Source: Dehalococcoidia bacterium (lineage in GTDB: Bacteria > Chloroflexota > Dehalococcoidia > Bin125). From it: 64,000 bases of DNA. A program made the translations under genes and the position numbers. Positions 57,158 through 64,000 of the stretch are shown here, piece after piece. The stretch is taken from assembly GCA_963555985.3 (NCBI GenBank), contig OY820591.1, positions 2,208,001 to 2,272,000 of the forward strand, in the 5' to 3' direction. The notes beneath the pieces are model-generated. The model ran no database searches and had not been told where the DNA came from. It was given only the letters and a program-made list of their open reading frames with translations. How positions within the stretch are numbered: position 1 is the first letter of the stretch; each line of letters begins with the position of its first letter.

Positions 57158-59122
57158 CTAGGCCTTCAGCTTTTGGACTGCGAAGAGTTGCTCGTTGCCT
57201 CTGGGCTGGACGGCTCCGGCGGGCCAGCGGACTCCTGAACGCACGACCCCTGCGGTCTGGATCTCGACCAAGGGGAGCATGTAATAGCCGAGGGTATGTT
57301 CGATGAACAGTTCGCTGATCAACTCGCTGCGCTTGGCCGGGTCGAGCTCCAGCCGTTGGGCCCGCGCGAGCGCCGTGACCTCTTCGCTGCTGCCGAGGGT
57401 ATAGACGCCCTCCGGCAAGACGGAGATGTTGACGGTTGTTTGGATGTCCGTGCGCTGGCCGTCGATGAACCACCAGATCCCGGGCGCTCCATCGGTCCTG
57501 CCGGCTCCCGCCTGTCGAATGCCGGCGTCGGTGAAGTATTCCGAGGCGGGATACTCCTTGATCGTCAGGCGGATGCCGATTGCCGCGAGGTCCTGCTGGA
57601 CGGCGAGCGCCATCTCCGGAATGCCGGGGGAGAAGCCGATGACGATGTGGAAGGTGGTGTCGAAGCCGTCGGCGTAGCCCGCCTCGGCCATCAACTGCTT
57701 GGCCCGCTCGGGATCGTAGTCGAACATCAGCCCGGCTGCCTCGATCTCCTCCTCGGTGGGATAGCCGAAGGCACTGCGGCCGGTGAACATGGGTTGCTTC
57801 TCGGTGCCCGTGAGCAGGCCGTCAATGATCGCCTGGCGGTTGACGGCAATGTTGGCCGCCTCGCGGACGCGAATGTCGAGGAAGGGATTGGGCGAGCCGT
57901 CCTCGAACAGCGGGTTATTGAGGTTGAACCTGGGCAGCATGGTGGTGGCGCCCTGGTAGTGGATTGTGTACTCGGGGTCGTCGATGAACCCCTCCACGTC
58001 CTTGGTCGCCAGGCCGTAGAGCACGTCCAGTTCCCCGGCTTCGAGGCCCGCGATCTGGGTCAGCACCTCGGGGCGGATTAACACCGTGAGATCCTTGTGG
58101 AAGGGCACGTGTTTGACGTTGACCGGGTGGTCAAGCGGCTTGAGGTGGTCGTCGAAGCGGGTCATGACGAAGTCGGTGTCGTCGGTGTGGCTGACGAAGC
58201 GGTAGGGGCCGGTGCCCATCGGCTCGCGGTCCATCGCGGCGTCGCCGACGGTCTCGACGTAGGCCTTGGAGAAGATCGCCCCCACGGTTGAGGCGTTGGG
58301 CATCTGGTTGGAGATCCAGGCGGCATCGGGCTGGTGCAGCCCGACCTTCCAGGTGCGCTCATCGATCGCTTCGCTGCTGACCCAGTTCTGCGAGCCGAAG
58401 GAGACGCGCGCGCTGGTCCAGCCTGCCGGGTGATCGGTGGTCTCGCCGCCCTGGTGGTACTCGGCGATGTTGCCCATGCGCTCGTAGGTGAAGACCATGT
58501 CTTCCGCCGTGAGGATGGTTCCGTCGTGGAACATGGCGGGCATGACCTGGGCGACCATGGTCACGTCGTCGACGAACTCGGGCGCGATCATGTGCGGGCG
58601 GATGGAGTTGTCGTCCGGATCGAAGACGATGCCGGCGTCGTAGACGTTGCCGTGAGAGATGTAGTTGACGTGGCTGCCGGAGCGGATCGGGTCGAGTCCG
58701 CCGCCGTCGCGGGCGACGGCGGTCGTGATCGCGGCGTCCAGGTCGACGTCGGCAAAGGGAGCCGGAGCGACGGCCTGTTGCTCGGCCTGCTCTTGCGCCT
58801 GTTCCTGTTGGGTCTGTTCCTGCGCCTCGACCTGCTGGGCCTGCTGCTCGGCCTGTTGTTCGGCGGGCTGCTGCTGCTGCTGTTGCTGGGCGGCTTGCTG
58901 CTGCGGCTCGGCCTGTTGCTGCTGCTGCGCGGCGGGCTGCGGCTGCTCCTGCTGTTGTTGTTGCGCCTGCGCTGCGGCTGGCTGCGCGTCGTCATCGTCG
59001 TCGCCGCAGCCCACGAGGGCCAGACCAGCAGCGCCAACCCCCGCCCTAGCGGTGGCGGCGAGCACGCTGCGCCGCGAGAGCCGCCGCCGTTGGAGCCGGG
59101 TCCAATAATTGCGCTTGCTCAT
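57158..59122 (-). CDS. Family 5 ABC solute-binding lipoprotein with Tat signal and poly-Gln linker
   Basis: MSKRNYW..LSRRSVL, LVGC lipobox, Q-rich tract, FHDGT.LTAED, PMGTGPY, YDPERAKQLMAEAGY. Confidence 0.92.
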   Translation of the reverse strand: MSKRNYWTRLQRRRLSRRSVLAATARAGVGAAGLALVGCGDDDDDAQPAAAQAQQQQQEQPQPAAQQQQQAEPQQQAAQQQQQQQPAEQQAEQQAQQVEAQEQTQQEQAQEQAEQQAVAPAPFADVDLDAAITTAVARDGGGLDPIRSGSHVNYISHGNVYDAGIVFDPDDNSIRPHMIAPEFVDDVTMVAQVMPAMFHDGTILTAEDMVFTYERMGNIAEYHQGGETTDHPAGWTSARVSFGSQNWVSSEAIDERTWKVGLHQPDAAWISNQMPNASTVGAIFSKAYVETVGDAAMDREPMGTGPYRFVSHTDDTDFVMTRFDDHLKPLDHPVNVKHVPFHKDLTVLIRPEVLTQIAGLEAGELDVLYGLATKDVEGFIDDPEYTIHYQGATTMLPRFNLNNPLFEDGSPNPFLDIRVREAANIAVNRQAIIDGLLTGTEKQPMFTGRSAFGYPTEEEIEAAGLMFDYDPERAKQLMAEAGYADGFDTTFHIVIGFSPGIPEMALAVQQDLAAIGIRLTIKEYPASEYFTDAGIRQAGAGRTDGAPGIWWFIDGQRTDIQTTVNISVLPEGVYTLGSSEEVTALARAQRLELDPAKRSELISELFIEHTLGYYMLPLVEIQTAGVVRSGVRWPAGAVQPRGNEQLFAVQKLKA

Positions 59123-59236
59123 GTCGGTCCTCTCTGCGGGCTTCAGCGGGCTGATCGTTCGCCGCCTCCGAGCGGTTCGATCGCTGGCGGGAGTATGCCT
59201 AGCTCGTCGTTCGGTTGTCAACGTGTCATTCGCTGT

Positions 59237-60028
59237 CTAGCCCATGCTCCGGGGCCAGGGTTCACCGAGGGGTCGGGTGTCGATGGTGATGACGTCGATG
59301 GTGGTGACGGCTAAGGGGTCGTCGGGGCGAGGGCGATTTCGGGGCGGGTAGGGGCGTTGGGGGCGGGATTTCGTTGGCTTACGTGCGGAATCGCCGCCGG
59401 GGACTGGGTTTTCGTCGATTTGGCGTCCAGATTTGTCCAGATTTGTCCGGATTGATCCAGACTCGTCCAGATTTGGTGAGGATTGTTCCGGCTCAGGCGC
59501 GCTGGGAGCAGGTTCGTCCGAGTGGTCGAGATATTTTTTGTGGAAGTCGCTCATGCAGCGGGGGCAGCTCAGGGTGCAATCGCCTTTGCCGGGGCCGCGG
59601 ATGTAGCGGCGGTGGCCATCGGCATGATCGCGGGTTTCCCGCTCGCGCTCGCGGGCACGAGCCTCGGCCTCTGCGTTGAGGGCGGCGAGGGCCTGTTCGC
59701 GTTGTTGCTGATCGTGTGCTTGGATGGCGGGCAGGCTCTGGAGGAGGAGGCGCAGTTCGCGGGTGGCGGCGACGGTCTGCCGGTGCTGGTCGGCTGCGGT
59801 ATCGGCCTGGGTGAGGCGGTGGACCTGGTCGGCGAGGCGGTCGGCGGCGACGGACTGGAGGATGTGTGCGCGGTGGAGTTGGAAGTCGCGGAGGTAGGCG
59901 TAGACGGTCGAGCGGGCACAGCGGAGCCGTTGGGCGACCTGTTCGGGGGAGAAGCCCTGGCAGTCGAGGTGGTGGGCTTCGAGGATGCGTCGGCAGCGTC
60001 TGGGTGTGGGCGGGTTGGATGCGGGCAT
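59237..60028 (-). CDS. Hypothetical protein with an N-terminal HTH, a CxxxCxxC motif and an embedded 10-bp repeat
   Basis: GFSPEQVAQRLRCARSTVYAYL HTH; GAGGAG RBS before ATG 60028; CTLSCPRC. Confidence 0.65.
   Translation of the reverse strand: MPASNPPTPRRCRRILEAHHLDCQGFSPEQVAQRLRCARSTVYAYLRDFQLHRAHILQSVAADRLADQVHRLTQADTAADQHRQTVAATRELRLLLQSLPAIQAHDQQQREQALAALNAEAEARARERERETRDHADGHRRYIRGPGKGDCTLSCPRCMSDFHKKYLDHSDEPAPSAPEPEQSSPNLDESGSIRTNLDKSGRQIDENPVPGGDSARKPTKSRPQRPYPPRNRPRPDDPLAVTTIDVITIDTRPLGEPWPRSMG
59420..59490 (-). repeat. 10-bp-periodic repeat inside the HTH gene
   Basis: GTCCAGATTT GTCCAGATTT GTCCGGATTG ATCCAGACTC GTCCAGATTT. Confidence 0.8.
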
Positions 60029-60052
60029 GGTTGGCTCTCCTCGGTCGGTTAG

Positions 60053-60071
60053 GTACGAACGTTCTATTCTA
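60053..60071 (-). promoter_or_regulatory. -10 box with an adjacent putative LexA (Cheo-type) SOS box
   Basis: Minus strand TAGAAT-AGAAC-GTTC-GTAC, i.e. GAAC-N4-GTAC, about 25 nt before the ATG. Confidence 0.55.
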
Positions 60072-60277
60072 GGATGATGGGCGGGGGAAGTCAAGTCGGG
60101 GTTGGGGAGGGAGGCGCTCTCCCTCGAGCGACCTGCGCAGCACTGCTGCTCTTGCCGCAGGAGAATTGTGGCGATGCGGCTCTTGGGGTACGGCCAGATG
60201 TAGAGGCGGCTTCGGACTTGGTTGCTTCGAGATTCCCGCCTGCGGAGGGCTTGGCACAATCCCCGATCTGAGCATCT

Positions 60278-60395
60278 CGTCATTCTTGCGAACGCGAGAA
60301 TCTACATCCCACTCGATACACCGTATGGATTCCCGCCTGCGCGGGAATGACGGAAACGGGAGTTTTGCAGAGGTCTCCCTGCGCGGGAATGACGG
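60278..60395. repeat. REP-like palindrome cluster, family B
   Basis: CGTCATTCTTGCGAACGCGAGAATC; GATTCCCGCCTGCGCGGGAATGACGG; CCTGCGCGGGAATGACGG. Confidence 0.8.
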
Positions 60396-60526
60396 CAATG
60401 GATGTTTCGCACTGGTCTCCTCGGGGAGAGGGGATCGGAGGGAGGGGAACGGGCGGGGTTGGTTTGACTAGCATTGCGGCGTATGGGTTCGGGCCTGAAT
60501 GGGCCGGACTCGAGTCGGGGCGCGCC

Positions 60527-61459
60527 GTGCAGTTCTGGAACTTCCTCGCCGTTCGCCTGCTCCAGGCGGTCGTGGTCGTGTTCGTCGTGGTGACGATCGT
60601 TTTCTTCGTCGCGCGGCTGGTGGGCAATCCGGAGTCGTTCCTGTTGCCGTATGAGGCGACCGACGCGGAGATTGAGACGATCCGCGATCGTTTGGGCCTG
60701 AACGACACGCTGATCGTGCAGTACGGCGACTTCCTCTGGGACCTGGTGAACCTGGACTTCGGGACGTCGTACCGCGGCGCGGGCACATCGACGATTGCCG
60801 CGATCGGCGAACGCGCGGTGAACACGCTGAAGTTGACGGTCGCGGGGATGGTCTTCGCGGTCGGCCTGTCGATCCCGCTGGGGATTGCGGCGGCGCTGCG
60901 GCGGGGCAAGGCGACGGACTGGGTGGCCCGCTTCCTGGCCGTGTTCGGGCAGGCAACGCCCAGCTTTTGGCTGGGGCTGATGGTGATCTTCTTCTTCGCG
61001 GTGGAACTGAGATGGTTCCCGACCGGCGGGGCCGAGGGGTTCAAGTCGCTGATTCTGCCGGCGGTCTCGCTGGGGCTGCTGGAGATGGCGGCGATCATGC
61101 GTCTGACCCGCTCGGGGATGATCGACGTGATGGGGTCCGACTTCATTACGACGGCGCGGGCGAAGGGACTGCGAGAGCGCACCGTGATTATGCGGCACGC
61201 GCTGCGCCATGCGCTGTTGCCGGTGGTGACGATTCTCGGTCTCGGGCTGGGGCGGCTGATCGCAGGGGCGGTGATCATCGAGGTGGTGTTCGCCTGGCCG
61301 GGGATCGGGCGGCTGATCGTCGATTCGATCGTGCAGTCGGACTACCCGATGGTGCAGACGGCGATCATCGTGCTGGCGGCCTCGATCGCGCTGGCGAACG
61401 CGCTGGTGGACGTGTCGTACCGGCTGATTGATCCGCGGATCCGGGCGGGAGCGCTCTGA
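60527..61459 (+). CDS. Peptide/nickel ABC transporter permease (DppB-like)
   Basis: DFGTS, PSFWLG, DFITTARAKGL, RHALRHA, IDPRIR; GTG start inferred. Confidence 0.92.
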   Translation: MQFWNFLAVRLLQAVVVVFVVVTIVFFVARLVGNPESFLLPYEATDAEIETIRDRLGLNDTLIVQYGDFLWDLVNLDFGTSYRGAGTSTIAAIGERAVNTLKLTVAGMVFAVGLSIPLGIAAALRRGKATDWVARFLAVFGQATPSFWLGLMVIFFFAVELRWFPTGGAEGFKSLILPAVSLGLLEMAAIMRLTRSGMIDVMGSDFITTARAKGLRERTVIMRHALRHALLPVVTILGLGLGRLIAGAVIIEVVFAWPGIGRLIVDSIVQSDYPMVQTAIIVLAASIALANALVDVSYRLIDPRIRAGAL

Positions 61460-62352
61460 TGGCCGAACGCGCGGCCCCACAGATCGAAGTTGAGTTCTCC
61501 GCGCCGCGCGGCCCAATCCACTGGCGGCGTTGGCTGGGCCTATCGGCGCCGCTGGGGATTGCGCTGGTCTTCGTCTTGGCGGGCGCGTTGGCGGATGTGC
61601 TCGCGCCGCACGATCCGAGCTTCGTCAATCTTGGCGCGCGCCTGGAGCCGCCGGTGTTCGACGGCGGCACCTGGGATCACCCGCTGGGGACGGACGATGT
61701 GGGCCGCGACATCCTGAGCCGGCTGATGCACGGGGCGCGGCTCTCGCTGATCGTGGTGGGGATCGTGGTTCCGGGCGCGGCGGCGTTCGGGACGCTGGTG
61801 GGGATGACGTCGGGCTGGATTGGGGGCATGACGGGCCAGATCCTGATGCGGGTCGTGGATGTGCAGCTCGCGCTGCCGGGGATTCTCTTCGCGCTGCTGC
61901 TGGGCAGCATCTTCGGGCCGAGCCTGCGCAACGTGATCATCATCCTGCTGATCTGGACATGGTCGGGTTACGCGCGGCTGGTTCGGGCGGAGGTGCTGTC
62001 GTTGCGCGAGCGCGATTTCACGACGGCGTCGCGGGCGCTGGGGGCGGGCGGCTGGTGGATCATGCGCAAGCACCTGTTTCCCAATGTCGTGAACACGATC
62101 GTGATCATCATGACGCTGGAGGTCGCGATCGTGATCCAGGTGGAGGCGGCGTTGAGCTTCCTGGGGGTGGGCGTGCCTGCCGGGACGGCTTCGTGGGGGC
62201 GGATGATCACGGAGGGGCGCGAGGTGATGATCGTGGCGTGGTGGCCGATCTGGCTGCCCGGGTTGGCGCTGTTGATTATCTCGCTGACGGGGAATCTGAT
62301 GGGCGATTGGCTGCGGGATCGGCTGGATCCGCGGCTTCGGCATCTGCACTGA
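61459..62352 (+). CDS. Peptide/nickel ABC transporter permease (DppC-like)
   Basis: HPLGTDDVGRDILSR, ARLVRAEVLSLRE, GDWLRDRLDPR. Confidence 0.93.
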   Translation: MAERAAPQIEVEFSAPRGPIHWRRWLGLSAPLGIALVFVLAGALADVLAPHDPSFVNLGARLEPPVFDGGTWDHPLGTDDVGRDILSRLMHGARLSLIVVGIVVPGAAAFGTLVGMTSGWIGGMTGQILMRVVDVQLALPGILFALLLGSIFGPSLRNVIIILLIWTWSGYARLVRAEVLSLRERDFTTASRALGAGGWWIMRKHLFPNVVNTIVIIMTLEVAIVIQVEAALSFLGVGVPAGTASWGRMITEGREVMIVAWWPIWLPGLALLIISLTGNLMGDWLRDRLDPRLRHLH

Positions 62353-62373
62353 CGGCGCGTTGATTGCGGCGGC

Positions 62374-62471
62374 GGGGACCCCCCTCTGTCCCTGCGGGAC
62401 ATCTCCCCCCGCAATGCGGGGGGAGAGGGGAAGAGAAGGGAACGGGTCCCCGCGTAAAGCGGGGACTGGGA
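62374..62471. repeat. REP-like element family A plus a GTCCCCGC-N5-GCGGGGAC palindrome
   Basis: Family A copy at 62374-62429; 62443-62471 matches 43218-43246 at 28 of 29 positions. Confidence 0.85.
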
Positions 62472-62487
62472 AACTGATCCCTATGCT

Positions 62488-63726
62488 GTGAGCACTATGT
62501 CAGACGACTTGCCGCTTCCGCTTGATGGGATCCGGGTGACTGATTTTTCGTGGATCGTTGCGGGTCCGCAGGCGACTCGGATTCTGGCGGATCTTGGGGC
62601 CGATGTCGTCAAGGTCGAGAACGAGTCCTATCTGGACTCGATGCGGATTGGTCTGCGGCAGGATCCGAACAATCCATCGCTGAACCGGTCGGGGTTTCAC
62701 TCGAATCTGAGCCGCAACAAGCGGGGGATTACGGCGAACCTGTTTCATCCGAAGGGCCGGGAAGCGGTCGAGCGTTTGCTGGCCGTGTCGGATGTGGTGA
62801 TCGAGAACTACAGCGCCGGGGCGTTTGCTCGGATGGGCTTCTCTTGGGAGCGGTTGCAAGAGATCAATCCGTCGTTGATTTACGTCTCGGTCTCCGGTTT
62901 CGGTCATGTTGGTAGGGACTCTTCTTATACGACGTGGGGACCTAGCGCTCAGGCCGTGTCCGGGGCGACCGCGATGTCCGGGCTTCCGGATCAGCCGCCT
63001 GCCGGTTGGGGCTTCTCTTATCTGGACCACAGCGCCGGTTACTACGCCGCGATTGCCGCGCTGATGGCGCTCCATCATCGGGCGCGGACGGGTGAGGCGC
63101 AGCATGTCGATATGTCCCAGATCGAATGCGGGATGGTCGTGAGCGCGGTGCCGATGCTCGACTATCAGGTCAATGGGCGCAGTTACGAGCGGATTGGGAA
63201 TCGCTCCCGCTATCCCGCCACGGCTCCTCACAACACTTATCCCTGCGCCGGTGATGATCGCTGGATCGCGATCGCGGTCGACGATGAAGCGCAGTGGGCA
63301 GGGCTTTGCGCGGTGCTGGGCCTCGATGCTCTTTGCGACGATTCCCGCTTCGCGGATATGGCCGCCCGCAAGGATCACGAGGACGCGCTCGACGAGGCGA
63401 TCACTGCTGTCACCTGTGAGCGCGATCCCTTCGAGCTGATGATCCAGCTCCAGGAGCGGGGCGTCCCCGCCGGAGTTTGCCAGCGGACGGACGACAAGCA
63501 GGAGCGCGATCCGCAGCTCGCCGAGCGCGGCTTCTACCCCACGGCTCCGCACGAGGAGCTCGGCGAGCACCGCTATGAGGGTTTGCCGATGCAGTTCTCC
63601 CAGGCCCGCTGGCGCATGGATCGGGGCGCGCCGCTGCTCGGCGAGCACAACCTTGCTGTTCTGAGCGAGTTGCTCGGCTATGACGACGAGGAAGTTGCCG
63701 CGATGATTGCGGAGCTCGCGATCTGA
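62488..63726 (+). CDS. Family III CoA-transferase (CaiB/BaiF)
   Basis: PLDGIRVTDFS..VAGP, LADLGADVVKVE, RNKRG, DVVIENY, GAPLLGEHN. Confidence 0.95.
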   Translation: MSTMSDDLPLPLDGIRVTDFSWIVAGPQATRILADLGADVVKVENESYLDSMRIGLRQDPNNPSLNRSGFHSNLSRNKRGITANLFHPKGREAVERLLAVSDVVIENYSAGAFARMGFSWERLQEINPSLIYVSVSGFGHVGRDSSYTTWGPSAQAVSGATAMSGLPDQPPAGWGFSYLDHSAGYYAAIAALMALHHRARTGEAQHVDMSQIECGMVVSAVPMLDYQVNGRSYERIGNRSRYPATAPHNTYPCAGDDRWIAIAVDDEAQWAGLCAVLGLDALCDDSRFADMAARKDHEDALDEAITAVTCERDPFELMIQLQERGVPAGVCQRTDDKQERDPQLAERGFYPTAPHEELGEHRYEGLPMQFSQARWRMDRGAPLLGEHNLAVLSELLGYDDEEVAAMIAELAI

Positions 63727-64000
63727 TGACTAGCTCGGACAATGCCTCCAGTGACTCGCTACCCGGACCACTTGAAGGTCTGCGGGTGATTGAGATTGGC
63801 GACCTCGGTGAGGTTGCGGGCAAACTGCTTGCGGACGCCGGCGCGGACGTGATTCGGGTTGAGCCTCCGGGCGGGGGTCGGAGCCGTCATGTGGGGCCGT
63901 TCGTCAATGACGATCCGGGTCAGGCGTCTTTGCTTCATGCCAGCCGGAACACGAGCAAGCGCGCCGTGACGCTCGATGTCGGCCAGCCTGCCGGCCTTGA
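63726..64000 (+). CDS. Second family III CoA-transferase, 3'-truncated by the window edge
   Basis: TGATG overlap; GPLEGLRVIE...GKLLADAGADVIRVEPPGG...NTSKR. Confidence 0.88.
   Translation, partial: MTSSDNASSDSLPGPLEGLRVIEIGDLGEVAGKLLADAGADVIRVEPPGGGRSRHVGPFVNDDPGQASLLHASRNTSKRAVTLDVGQPAGL

Noticed and set aside
58665-59108. Cys-rich ORFs (also 36073..36306) resembling metallothioneins or RiPP precursors
   Set aside because: They are the reverse complement of the CAG poly-Gln tracts.

Overview
High-GC bacterial chromosomal window. The gene content (F420/LLM oxidoreductases, family-5 solute-binding proteins with Tat and lipobox signals, class F sortase, CoA-transferases, a GAAC-N4-GTAC SOS-type box) fits a monoderm Chloroflexota, probably Dehalococcoidia-like; this is inference. 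Most of the window is catabolic (SDRs, enoyl-CoA hydratases, acyl-CoA dehydrogenases, NAD-linked formate dehydrogenase, peptide-type ABC transporters) or housekeeping (gap, ffh, rpsP, khpA, rimM, 3 tRNAs). Five things stand out. (1) A defence island (about 36.7-47.8 kb) with a PLD-SNF2 helicase and an Eco57I/Type IIG-like N6-methyltransferase, followed by a co-oriented array of toxin-antitoxin cassettes. The cassette boundaries are degenerate copies of the methyltransferase gene's own 3' end, joined to a promoter/RBS and 10-bp-periodic repeats. (2) A c-di-AMP (ydaO) riboswitch with no credible downstream gene, followed by about 250 nt of structured RNA with an anti-SD motif and a terminator. 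(3) A dispersed 10-bp-phased repeat family that also occurs inside an HTH gene preceded by a LexA-type box. (4) REP-like palindromes inserted in frame inside the methyltransferase. (5) A tRNA-Ala-adjacent island with a decayed STAND-NTPase fragment, a Rieske dioxygenase and a haloalkane dehalogenase. All assignments come from motif recognition by eye; no searches were run.
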